In this document: positions 1-12,512 of the stretch, one piece after another
Layout of the letters: every line of letters begins with the position of its first letter
How positions within the stretch are numbered: position 1 is the first letter of the stretch
Assembly: GCA_010015805.1 (NCBI GenBank)
Contig: ML978126.1
Span: 558,001-622,000, forward strand
Direction: 5' to 3'
Source: Rhizodiscina lignyota
Taxonomy: Eukaryota
DNA: 64,000 nt
The notes under the pieces: generated by a model
The model's input: the letters and a program-made list of their open reading frames with translations, nothing else
The model's database searches: none
What the model was told of the DNA's origin: nothing
Program-made: the position numbers and the translations under genes

Positions 1-744
1 AGAACCGGAGGAGACTTGCAAACAGAGAATAAAATTGGACGTGAAGTTCAAGCTTGAAAGATATACAACAATCGTCAGCGATTCATATTAGAAGACGGCC
101 AAAGCCCTATCGGACTCCTCCGATAGCCGGCTTCGGCATGTAGAGATGACAGGTTTTACTCGCGCTGACAATCAATGATGAGAGAGTGGCCGCTTGATTG
201 GAGGATGCGTTGCTACGATTATCCAGCTTTGCTATGGTGAACAGCAGATGTTGACCAGGGTCGAAGGTGGAGCAAAATATCGACACAGTTCGGTGTGGTA
301 TCGCGTGCCACCGACATTGAATTTGAGAGTGACGCCACCTCATTGGCGCCACAATCGCGGAGGCTTGGCATCAGCAACGTCAAAGCTTCCCGCAACCAGC
401 TAGCTGATAGATGTTTTCTTCGCATGCCCATCCTCGTGTAACTGTGTATTCTTGAATCTGTACATACAGCGTCCTCCCACCTCTCCTCCTTCTCACCTCT
501 GATCTCAGCATCGCCCCAAAGTTTCCGCCGTAATCCTCGCCGATCCGAAAGCATCCTAACACTGCGTCCGGACCATCACGAGCTCATCTTGATAAGAACT
601 TTGACGAAGCAAAACTCACCTGCGAAGCACATAATAACCCTTAAACCTCCTTCTGTCGCCTCCCTGCGTACACGGTGCGCTCGCGACGTCCCAACCCCAA
701 GCTCTCAGCTCAATCGCATCGTCCGAGCTCGGAGCTTAGCCATC

Positions 745-1519
745 ATGGCCAAGTCGAATTCGTTTGCGACTTTCCTGATCATCGGCCGTAAGTCAAGCTC
801 TATCTGTGAATTCCAATCTATATTGTCACTTGGGGATTCCGAGAGCCTTGCGCGTAGCACATTGTTGTCTGGTCGAAAGCGGCGCACCAGCTAATATATC
901 AACAGCGACTTGCTTCTTCCTCGGCGTGCTCTTCATCCTCCTTCCCTACGATTACCATATCCTCTGGGCACCTCCATCACCGAATGCGCCTCCAGGGAAG
1001 ACGATGGAAGACTATTTCTTGCTGCAGGAGACTCATCTAAAGTTCCTACACGCCTCACCACCGCTCGTACCGCGGATACAGAACCTCATTGTCGGGGTTG
1101 GATTGCTCGGCTTCATCATCAAACTCTACAAGCCTAGCGAGGCGAACCTGCTCTTTGATGGCGCGAGTCTGGTTCTCTACATGGTTGGAATAACCGTGTA
1201 CATCGCAAACATTGTAAAGGGTCTACGCATGGTCACAGCGGGGGAGTATGGATCGATGGAGCTTGTTGAAGCCGAGGCAGTTGCTGGGAGTGGCCAAGTT
1301 GAGTTGGAAGGGACAGGTATAGGACGGGAGGACAGCTTGAGGGTACTCGCGGCGTCTAACACGATTCTGGCTCTCGTGCTGGTTGGTGTGTTGGTGCTAC
1401 AGGCTGGCCAGTGGTACGCCGAACGAAAAGAGGAAGACGAAATGGCGGAGATGGATCAGAAGGCGGCGGAGAAGAAGAGGACCGCAAGTTCAAGTGGATC
1501 GAGTAAGAAAAACAAGTGA
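745..1519 (+). CDS. SHR3: ER membrane chaperone for amino-acid permeases (Shr3 family); exons 745-787, 906-1519
   Basis: ATG 745; intron 788-905 (GTAAGT...CTAAT...AACAG) gives MAKSNSFATFLIIGPTCFFLG. Family motifs KLYKPSEANLLFDGASLVLY and LRVLAASNTIL...LQAGQWYAE; four hydrophobic segments; Lys-rich tail. Confidence 0.93.
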
Positions 1520-2366
1520 AAGGTCTAGCATAAGCGTTAGGAATCGATGCTTTGAGCATGGCTGGAGTTTGGAGATTTCCTTTTTGGGGACTGAGTTCTG
1601 CTTGTTGCCTCCTTAATTGTCCTTTCTGGACCAGTACGGATTCGCGGCACTTGGAATTGCATTTCAACTATGCGTAACGTAACTATTCTGCCGATGTCAG
1701 CTGCGGACCTTGCAGGACGCGGTAGTTATGAGCTTGGTTCGATAGGCACTTTGTAATATCAAGGTGCACCAAACTCCACCAAGCTATTTCGAGGGGAAGA
1801 TGGTGGTTGCGTAGGACAGGGGTTGAGGAAGCTCCTGCTCAATTCGAACTCCACGTTGTGGAACGGTTCGATTGGGAGAACCCTCTCCTTAAACTTAATG
1901 AAACTATGCAACAAATTTCCCTACTACGTGCATCAGTCTGCGCACATTTCTGGGCTACCCGTGGTGAAGCTTGCGAAAGAAACTCTGTGAGCTTTCTGGT
2001 GTGGCCGTGAGAGAGGCTGGGGTTGGTGCGTCAAACATCATGTTTGCAGATCACCACCAGCACAGCCTCAACTTCCACAGGACAGCGTCAAAGCTCTGCC
2101 GCCTTGAAACAAAAGCAGCAAAGGATCCGTAGCCAAGTCAGCTTCGGCCACTGCCGCCTCGCAACACGACGTGCTGTACTGGGGGCCGCTTTGAATCCTG
2201 CAGCCAGGCTGCACTTCAGGTCTGAAGCTGTCCCATTGAATTTCGAATGACATCTCAGAACTATTCCTCGTGTCTTCTCAGCTCATCTAATCATTGAATC
2301 AATCTCTCGTATTCTACCTAGAGAGGTATCTGCGCCGCCAAAAAGTTGGCAAAATCCAATTACATC

Positions 2367-4243
2367 ATGTCTGCTTCAGCGGAGCCTTTCACGATCGTGT
2401 CGGAGAGTGGACATAGTGGGCCTCAACTGTTTGAGAAGTTCCACGACAGCACATCTGCAAAGATTGCAGACATTGATGTCCAGCTGGTCACATCTCTCCG
2501 GGCCCAGTATCCGGATCTGATAGTCACGTACATGATCCCAGCCTCATGCTGGCCTATTCATACCGGTCAGAAAGCTAATGACCTGCAGGACTATACCCAC
2601 CACCAATGTAAACCTGCTTCAATTTGCTGCGGCTGGATATGCCACTGCCGAACTTGAAGTCACGGAAGATGATCCAATCATTAGATGGCGCGGCTTCGTT
2701 GTGAGTCTACACATCGAGGCTCCGAACCGAAAGGAGGCAACTAACGTAGAGAAACCAAGCCTTCAGTTCATAGGGGTCGCGAGGGATCCCTCGGAGAAAA
2801 TCGGTTCTTCAGCAAATACCGCTATACTTGGAACAACGAGAAGTTCATCATGTACTGTGTCATTGTTGGCTACAATCAGCTCCAGTACGTGCTTAAAGAG
2901 CCGAGGGATGGAGAGAGCACGTTGTCAAACTCGGTCGTAACTGACGCGCTGATCGCAACAATCGGCAAGTGGATGGTCTCAGACGAAGATGTCATTTTTG
3001 TTTTCGACAACTTTTGGACTGCGTCCAAGGAGCTTTGGAAGCAGGTGCAAAAAGCGAATTGGGATGATGTGATTCTCGACCCGAGCATGAAGAAGGCGCT
3101 GACGTCGGTGAGCGGCAAGTTCTTCGACAGCGAAGACGTGTACAAAGAATATGGAGTCCCCTGGAAGCGCGGGCTCATCTTTCACGGTCCGGTTGGAAAC
3201 GGCAAAACCATCTCGATCAAGGCGTTGATGCACACGCTGTATCAGCGGAGCCCGAAGATTCCCTCTTTATACGTAAAGAGTGCTCCTTATACCTACCACA
3301 TCCGTGCTGTGTTTGAGTTTGCCAGGAGGATGACTCCATGTCTTCTTATACTGGAGGACATCGAAACCATTGTCACCCCGGCCAATCGATCGTACTTCTT
3401 CAACGAGGTTGATGGGCTGGAGAATAACGACGGCATGTTAACGATAGCAACGACCAATTACCGTAAGTCCGACACCGTGTATCTGGGACAGGCTGCAAGG
3501 ACTGACATGTTCGGTGACTCAGTGGATCGCTTGGATCCGGGGCTGTCGAAGCGCCCAAGCAGGTTTGACCGGAAATATTTGTTTCCCTTACCATCATTCG
3601 TACGTGATCCCCGAGACAGTGGCACCCGTCTTCCGGCTGCATTCCGGCTGCATGTATGCTAATTTGGTATCAGGAAGAACGAGTGCTCTACTGCGACTAC
3701 TGGCGCAGGAAGCTGCAGAAGAAGCCTTCGATTGAGTTCCCGAAGGTCCTGTGCCGCCCTATGGCGAAGATCACGGACGACTTCTCATTTGCCTATTTGC
3801 AGGAGGCGTTTGTGGCCACGCTCCTGGTCTTGGCTCGTGGGGAAGAGCCCGGCTCGCACGAGGAATATGCGGAGGATGGTGGGGACGGGGACCTTGAAAG
3901 TTACGAATTGTATCGGGCCTTCCGAGCTCAAGTCAAGCTGCTTCGGGAGGATATGGGCAGTTCAGGGTCTGCAGGCTCTACCACGTGTACAGCTGCAGAT
4001 AGGCTTGACGTATTTCGAGACGTAGATGATGTGCTGTCCGGGAACATGGGAGTACTCAGCCTTGGAGTCGAAGGACAGGCGCGCGGGTGGCCGGCTGGGA
4101 TAGTGACAGCTCGAGGTGACAGCAACCTCCCAGCTCATGCTTTCGTCGGAGGTGACCGACTCACGGCTGATAATGCCATGAGAGGGCTCGGAAAAGGCAG
4201 CCGCTTCTCTGATACAGCGTTTGAGTGGGGTACTAATCCTTAG
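2367..4243 (+). CDS. AAA+ ATPase, single AAA domain; exons 2367-2527, 2589-2700, 2760-3462, 3523-3599, 3674-4243
   Basis: Walker A GPVGNGKT, Walker B LLILEDIE, sensor-1/SRH ATTNYLDRLDPGLSKRPSRFDRK. Four GT-AG introns join the ORF pieces in frame. Confidence 0.9.
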
Positions 4244-5201
4244 TCTCGCTCACCGGCCGGCTAGCACTTCTCCACTTGAGGCTCTGCGTGCTGACAGCAG
4301 CGCACTCGGTACTTGTCTAGAAATTTAGAACGAGGCTGTTCACTGCAAACCCAAGGGTTCCCATGCATGCGTGGTGCAAGGCAAGCAACGTGTGTCGTGT
4401 GGGGTGGCCGGCTTGTGGCGGCTTTACTGGAGGAGCATCATCGTTTCGAACGACAGATGGTGACGCTGTGCATTTCAAAGCGAATCACACCGGCGCGTTT
4501 GAGAGCTGGATTATCTGATTCCAAAACGCAACAATGTGCCATCCCACATCCGATAAGAACGTATGGCGCAATCACGTTTCCGGTTCGCACGCCAGGCTGT
4601 CCGTTTGCCTTGATGCCTACGCCCGCCTCGGTGTTATGGCATGCGGAGACGGGGATCGTTCCAATGAGTCGGCCTTGGGCAAAGGGCGTCGTCCAGTGTT
4701 CTGATTCTGCCTTACACCCTTCGGACATACTAGGACTGAGGGCTGTCTCATCTGTGCAACCCATCTCTATATCTAAGTGGCGAGCCCTCTTGCTCACTCG
4801 GCCAAATTTGCACTCTTTTGCAGAACCCATCCCCACTCCAAACAAACCCTGACCTTGATCCCATCCGGTGGCTTTCTTGACTGTAATCTATTCGTCCATT
4901 GTTCTGAACACGCCATTGAGGTACCATAGTACCCTCAACTTTATTAGAACATCAGAAGACTTTGTTTGATTCATTTGAGGTGCGTCTCCATTTCGTCAGC
5001 CCCAGCTTTATTCAGTCATTAGCTCCCTGGTGTACTGGTAGTCGTTCACTGCTTGCTCCACCAGGGTCTATAGCAAATAAAAAGAAAAGACCAGGCTACT
5101 GCCTTGTGTTGATTGAATATGTCTTGCCCGCTTTGATGCCCAATCGCAAGCCAGCAGGCCAAGTATGACTCTCACTAACTTCTTCACAGCTCCTTGCTTG
5201 A

Positions 5202-7498
5202 ATGGACCCTTGGCAGACTTATGCTTTGAACCACCCTTCTGTTTCGAATCGCGAAGAGAATGAACTGTTATTTAATCAATACTTCCACAATGACCCAAAT
5301 CTTCAAGTGCCGATGGGAGACCAGGCGAATGCGAGCTTCGGCAGCTTCAGCGGCAGCTTCAGCAGCAGCTATGGGAGCTACGGCTCCATCAACCAATTTC
5401 TCAGCAACCACAGTGCTCCCAGTGCACCCAGTGGTTTCCCTGGCTCCTTCCCCGGCAGCCAACAAATGGCTCGCCTGGAATCAAGACATTCGCTAGACTA
5501 CGCTCTGAGCGTAGGCAGTACTAGCCCATTCCAGGACCCGTTCAACCCGCCGTCTGCGGACCCATCGCCATTGCTCATGCCGCAGGCCGCCAACAACATG
5601 CTTTTCCCAGAGTTGGATCTCTCCAACACCAACGCCGTGCCGAACAACTCGTTCGAGGACGAGACCTCTCCGCTGTCTGCTAGTTCCGCTGGCTCTGCCA
5701 ACTGGAACTATGCACCCCCGTTCCCCGCGAACATGGCAACGCACCATTCGAATGTCAACTACTTTAACAGCATGAGTCAGCAAGAGCTCAACGACTTCTT
5801 CGGAAGCGAGATGTTCCTGGACTCTCTGCAGAGCACGTCGCAGCAGACGTCGCCGAACACAAGCCCTGCCATCCAGCCCCAGGGCCGCTCCGCACCCATG
5901 CCGATCAGCAATATCCCAGATCTCAGGCTCGGAGAGCGTGGCATGCAGCTTAGCCCACACAGCAATTCCCCAGCTCTCGGCATCATCGAAGTGGGGATGA
6001 ACAGGGATACGGGCACGATGGGGCCTCAGAGAAACTCTTCGGGAGCTGGAAGACGGGCTCCTGGGAGGAGGGGTCCATTAGATCCTATCACGAGACGGAA
6101 AGCAGCCGCTATGCGTGGGCATGCTTGCGAGAGTTGCCGCAGGAGGAAGGCTAGCGTGAGTAATCCATTTTCACCGCAACAACTGACAATGACTGACGTG
6201 TCTTGCAGTGCGACAGAGGCATCCCATGCCGCTCGTGCATTCGTCACTACGGCGTCCGCCTCTTGCAGAGCCCCTGCCGCGGCAAGTTGCTAAACAGCCT
6301 TGCAGATGGCTTCCTCAAGGGGCCCATCTTCCCCGGTTCTCGCGGCCTCGAAAGCTTCCTTGGCAGCGCCCCTGGCTCGTACAGTTTCTCAGGCAAAGAC
6401 TGCAGCATCAAGCTCAAGTTTGGGTTCGGTGACTCGCTGGCGTTCCCGATGAAGATCGTCATGCCCGCCGATCGCAAGAACAAGCTCGTCCACAATCACA
6501 TCGTTTACCAGTGGCCACCGCAGGCGAACGAAGTGACCGCTAAATGCCGCTGCCAGCACCATGTCTTCCCGGCCGTCATTGCGGACACCAGCAACCTCAA
6601 GGCTGTGCTGGACCACCATCTGGGCGTGCTGGTTGACAATCATTTCGACGAGTTTCCGGCGTACGAGTCTGTTCTCAGGGTCTTGCGACCGATTTACACC
6701 TTCTACCGCAGGCTTCCCGAAGGCGAGCCACAACAGCTGCTTCGACAAGCTCTGAAGTTGCTGACACTCGTCCACATTGGTGGAGACACACAAGTCTGCC
6801 CTCGGGATCCAATGGGCAGACTGATTGCCACAAAGGCATTTGGCCGCTCGGCCCTTGGAGAACGCCCACTCTTCCCAACCTGCCCTTCAAATCTTGGCTC
6901 TCTTCCGACGCCGTGCTTTATCCGCGGGCAGCTCGGCGAGTTTATGCCCTTGCTTGCGCAAGACCTCATGACGGATGTGCTCTCAAGACTGGAGTTTATC
7001 AGCTTGGGTCGAGAGTGCAACATGTGGGCCCCGGTGCTGGCCACATTCGCCGTCTTCGTCATGGCCGTCGAAAGTATCGAATATCACACTGAGAAGGTTG
7101 CTTTCCATGCCGCTGAAGCCACGCCAACTCCGACCCAGCCCAGGGCGTTTGGACCATCTGTTCCGGCCGAAAGGTCGGTGCAGACGACCATCTCCACTCC
7201 CAGTCCCATGGAACAGGGCCTTCAGCACATGATCTCCTTCTACAAGGCCTGCTTCTCCGGCTGTCACCTGCGCCTGACCGACGAGCCGAGCGGCCGTCAG
7301 CGCAGCAGCAGCGGAGGCAGCGGCACTCTTTCAAGCAGCCAGCGCGACGCGCAGGACTCGCTCGTCGCTGAGCTGAAGAAGGTGCTCGCCAACGCGCAGA
7401 CGTACTTGCTTGAGAAGAGCAAGGCGCCATTCAAGTCCGGCGACGACTTGAGCTGCTACTTTGACAGGAACTTGGCGAAGTTTTTCTTGCTCAACTGA
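5202..7498 (+). CDS. Zn2Cys6-like fungal transcription factor with internal zinc cluster; exons 5202-6155, 6209-7498
   Basis: Phase-0 intron 6156-6208 (GTGAGT...CTGAC...TGCAG) reconstitutes CESCRRRKASCDRGIPCRSC...PC after a ~300-aa S/P/N-rich N-terminus. Confidence 0.85.
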
Positions 7499-9610
7499 GC
7501 CCATTAATTTTTCTGGATGAAAAAAGATTGTATGACTAACGAATGTGACGGCCAATGAGGATTTTGCGGAGCGATCCCCTGGATGGACAGTTCTTTTTCG
7601 TCTTGATTACTCCGTACGCGTAGGTCGGTGGAGGCTGGCGTGCTTATCGCAGCTTTTCATATATCTGGGTGGCCCTTTATATTCTTTCTTAGAAGGGCTT
7701 ATATTCTTTGGGGTCTGCTATTGCGCTTTTGATTTTGTTAAATGGGACTTTCATGTGACGATGACACGGCCGTGCGAACTTGAGCTCAGGGATGGCGAGT
7801 TTGAGGCATTTTGCGAGATCGACTCGGCTCGGGCCGCCTTATATTCCAATGTTTGCGCACTGATTCTTTTCTCATCGCAAGGCGCTGTCGGCAGCTCTCC
7901 GCGGTGAGAATTATATTCTTTCCGGCTTACAGGTTACCCCTTCGCTTGGATGTCTGCATATTGGCGGCATCTTTCTTATCTTTTGTTGGGGTCTACTTGG
8001 GTGTATTATTTCTATTCTCGGTTTTCGGCCAGGGGCTTTCTTCTTCTGATGGCGTGCGCTCACAAGATATGCACCTCTAAATCCAACTGTGTCTCTCGTT
8101 GCAGATTGTGTTGGGCGCGCTGCATTTAGTGTACCTGAAAAGTCCGAACCGATATCAGAGACACTGGACCAGGTACACAGATTGAGGTTCGTTGTCGGCT
8201 GCAGTGCGCTGTGTAAGAGCAGCGTGCAGTCATGGCATCCCACATGCATAAAGGATTGCGAACGTGACACAGGTGATCTTTTTCTGCGCGCAAGTAACGA
8301 TGTCGGAAGTGTGGAAGAAGTGGAGCCAGCAGCGACAGTGAGGCTGTTTCAGCGGTCTAAAGTTTGTTAGGACGTCACCGTGTACGTAAATTCTCCTGCC
8401 CTTTCCACCTTCCTGGTTGGGGAGAGAGCTTGGAGCCACACAAGGTGGCCCTTGAATTGCATATCCCACGTGCTGCGATCTCTTCGAGCCAGTAGCCCCT
8501 TGGAAGAGGCGATTGAGCCTCAGCAGTGAGACAGATGCAAAAGAAACGTGGCGCTCGAGGTTGACATAAGGAGAAAACACACAATCAGCCTCGAGAAGCG
8601 TGCTGCGTGGGTCCGGGCCTTCCTTAGCCCAAGGCGCTCGCCGACAATTTCGAGGAGGTTTGAACGTCATATCCCGTAAGGACCCGCATGAGCCCTTCCA
8701 ATCAGCCGCGGGCATGCGAGCATGTGTGGGCAGGTAATGCGCTGCAGGTGGCAGCAGCAGCAGGACATACGAGACGGCGACAGCAGCACAGCGTCGCACG
8801 AGGAGCGCGATTGCAATTAGGAGAAGGAAACTCGCGTGCGAGCGCTCATATCGTAGGTAGGGGACGAGCGAGCGTGATAAAGGCCATCTTGCGGGAGGCC
8901 AGATGAGAGAGGCGCACGATGTCATAGCCGCTAGGCCGCGTTGAGCAGCGAGGGCTAGGTACTTGGGTAAGCATCAAGCCTCCCAGACACTCGAACCCCC
9001 GCGGGCCTCCTTCGCGATTTCTTGTTGGGGTAGCATACTTCGCTCTCCATCTCCTATTCCACGCTCCCGCCGCTGGAAGAAGAACGTGTCGACGTGGGCG
9101 AGAGTTGTCCAGTGGCGCGCAAGGCCAATGTTCTGAATGTTGATGTGCACGCTCCAATGCACACTTGTCCACTTTGCTGAGAGGTAGGCGCGATCTTTCC
9201 TTCAACACCTGCACACATACCACGCTCGCCCGAGGAGGCAAGCCTTGCTTATCATCGCACCCTCACTCTGCTTCAACGGCCTCACCAACACCACCCTCGA
9301 CACTGCGTCCATCTGCGCTGCATTCGATTTCACCCTATCTGACGCTCGTCGGGCCGTGTTGTGAGACCGCCCTATCGTGCCCGGCACGCACTTTATCCTC
9401 TATCTGCTCTCTCGCGCCGCCGATCCACCACCAACCTCACCTCTTGACCGCCTCCTCTGCTCGCTCTCTTCCACCTCAATCGCGCTTTCCTACGCACATT
9501 TCACTGATATCTCCTACCGCAGCACACTAGCCTGACCGTATCGGACTTTCTAATTGGCTGTGATGGGATCGGTAGTGGTGTCCGACGTGGTTAACCACTT
9601 CTCTTACAAC

Positions 9611-11085
9611 ATGTTTGGTGCCGGCGCGCACCATGCTCCTCAAGAGTCACAGTCCGCGCAGATGCAGCAACGTTCTGCTTCCATCAGGTCTTCACATGCT
9701 GATGCCTCTGCCTTTCCGCCCCGCAGCAGTCAGCCGCAGGCACCGGTCGACACCCCGATGACCGACGCCATATCTCGCTCCTCAAGCGGCAGCGGATTCT
9801 CGTCACACTCACAGCAGTACGCGACGTCAGTCAGGTCGTCGACGAGCAATGCCGTACCGCCCGCTCTGCAGCACCTCCAGGGCTCAATATCTCGACCGCC
9901 ACCCAGCCCTCGCTTCCGAGGCCACCCTTCTTCTCAACACCAAACACCTACATCAGGACCGAATCAACCACACTTCCCCTATCCTCCTTCTGCAGTATCC
10001 TCGGCTTCATCCGCACACCCGTCACCTTCTCAGTCCGTTCAGTCACTAGTACCCCCTGCCCCACCGTCTCCGAATCGGATAAAGGTTCGCAGCCTCTCGC
10101 ATATTCAAAGTTTTGCAAACGATGAATCCTCGCCACTCTCGCAGGCAAGATCAGGACGGGCGCGAAATCGACGAGATGCGAATGAGGTTGGCCCACAGTA
10201 CGAGATCAGCGAGATGCCCGTCACAGACATCATCGAGATGGTGGCAGGGCTGTTAACAAAAATCACGAGCACAAACGATAGGCAGCATGAACATATCCAT
10301 CGACAGATACCGCCTCCGGAAGGAACCGCGGGACTCAGCCAGCAGACCAACAGCGTGCTTGCATTCCACGGCAAGAATGTGCCTCAAATATCGATCCTGA
10401 GCTATCTCAGCCGCATCCACAAATACTGCCCGACAACTTACGAGGTGTTCTTAAGTCTGCTCGTATATTTTGATAGAATGACAGAGATGGTCAACTCTGG
10501 ACCCATGCAGAACATGCGCCATCACTCGGCGCAGACGAGTCACAGCAGGGACAGAGCGGGATCAGAGACAACATTGGTGGAAGATACCAACATGGGCGCG
10601 CATAGTCAGCCACCAACGCCCACGCCACCGCCTTCGGGATCGCTCGGTAAGCCTGCGGAAACTGGAAAGTCGGCAGGACAAGAGCCTCCGTCTCCACCAG
10701 AAGCCACACCCATGGACGTGGATAGTTATAACCTCTCACATTTCTTTGTAGTGGACAGCTACAATATCCATCGACTGGTAATCGCAGGAGTGACGTGCGC
10801 CAGCAAGTTCTTCTCCGATATCTTCTACACGAATTCCAGATATGCAAAGGTACGGAATTTTCATCTTTTCATTGTTCATATCAAATGAATTTGAGCTAAC
10901 ATGTGTGCTTTTGTTAGGTTGGCGGTCTTCCACTGCCAGAGCTGAACCACCTGGAACTCCAATTCCTCCTGCTGAACGATTTCCGATTGTCCATCCCTCT
11001 CGAGGAAATACAAGCTTATGGGACGATGCTTGTCGAATTCTACGCGCGAGAGGTCGTGGCGCAGCAAGAGTCGGTCCGCAGATAA
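9611..11085 (+). CDS. Pho80/Pcl-family cyclin (Pcl6/Pcl7-like partner of Pho85 kinase); exons 9611-10849, 10918-11085; alternative in-frame ATG at 9563
   Basis: Cyclin-box motifs LAFHGKNVPQISILSYLSRIHKYCP, LLVYFDR and NIHRLVIAGVTCASKFFSDIFYTNSRYAK|VGGLPLPELNHLELQFLLLNDF across intron 10850-10917. Confidence 0.92.
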
Positions 11086-12512
11086 CAATCAATGTGTGCA
11101 AAATACCACATCGGTTTTGATTTTGGCCCGGAACGTTCAATTCCTGGAGGGATTGGTGCATACAAGCAGCAGCTGAGGAGTGCTTCTGTTGCAGACGATC
11201 CGCTCATAGTTTTTTTGTGAACTTTGAAGTGCGAGGAGTGTCAGTTCTCTGACCTGTCTCGAATTCAGCAAGCTCCGTCGTAGACTGGCTTTTTACCTTC
11301 TTCACGCTAGACTTCACTTCTTTCTGGCCGACCACTCTAGGGTTCTGGTAGACTTATTTCCTATTAATGACTCCTGTTTTGCTTTTGGCTCGGCTCGCCT
11401 TTTCGAGTTCGAGTTGCGAAGAGGTCTTTCACACGGTTCTGTTTCCCTGCATCTGTTAGCATGTGTTCGTTAGGCTTTGGCTTGCAAGATGGCTAGCACG
11501 GCAGCGTTCGTTTCGTCGCATGAGGCCGGAGAATGGCGGATATACCCTCTTACCTGTCCTGCGATTTGCGTCTTCACACTCGCTCTCTCCTCACGGCGCT
11601 GCGGAGAGAGGGGGAAATTTGTTTCCGTGTGGTTTGCTGTACGGTGGAGTAGCACCTAGATGGGTTTTTGGCGGGCGTCTCGACGGGCGTTAGATAGGCA
11701 TTGAATGCACACAGCCGGTACTACTCTTTAATGGCTTTGTACTTGAAGTGTCATATATTGACTGCACCTGTGATCCCACAAGACTTACGGCATGCATGAA
11801 TCCCGTTGAACTGTCCTGCATTGACGCGTTTGCACGTAGTGGGATCCACCTCAAGCACTTCTCCACCACGTACAATTTGCGTGAGTAATGGATGATGGGC
11901 GTATTTGGATCAGAGCCGACTTTTAAGTACTGCCGCTTTTGAAACGGCCCTTGCAGTTCACGAGGAGGTCAGTGCGATTTGCCCTGTCACAGTATAGAGG
12001 GTGCGATCACGGGCGCTGATTGGATGGCCACACTCCCATGAGCATTAAGCGCTGTGTACCATTCGCACGGGAAATAGCTGGGTATTGGACTAGCCTCGAA
12101 GCTCGTAGCCGCATATGCTCCGTTTCGTCAGGCAGAGCAAACGTCACCGCTCGCCAAGCGCCCTTATGAAGCTCGACAATCAACTGCTGCCCGGCGGCTA
12201 ACCGCCCAGCGTCAGCACAAGACACGCCTCCCCCTACAAGTACGAGCTGCCCAAAAGGAGCTTCGATCCTGCTTGCAACCCACACCTGAAACGACAACTC
12301 GCCGTCGAAACGCATCTCGCTCTCACTTCAAATCCTCATCACCTCCCCTCCTCTCCTTTCCGCCCGCATACTCGACCGCAAAAGAGGCCCGCGCGCGCGC
12401 CTTCCGCACCTTGGCCTACCCCACGATCGACGAGCACGCCGAAAATAGACACCAACAATTTCTCGAAGCGTGACAACTCCCATTCGCAAGGCCACAGCTG
12501 CACGTCTGAGCC

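Noticed and set aside
107..126. Perfect 8-bp hairpin CTATCGGA-CTCC-TCCGATAG
   Set aside because: Too short to be significant in 64 kb, with no supporting context.
4313..4852. Overlapping 179-aa and 135-aa ORFs
   Set aside because: Non-ATG starts, no recognisable motifs; most likely the promoter of the downstream TF.
5333..5386. Short coding repeats (SFGSFSGSFSSSYGSYGS; also PGAL repeats near 13800-13830)
   Set aside because: Ordinary low-complexity slippage within disordered protein regions.
8230..9530. Long ORFs and a CACGTG (8467-8472) upstream of the cyclin
   Set aside because: The ORFs lack protein-like features. A single E-box is expected by chance and others are scattered through the window.
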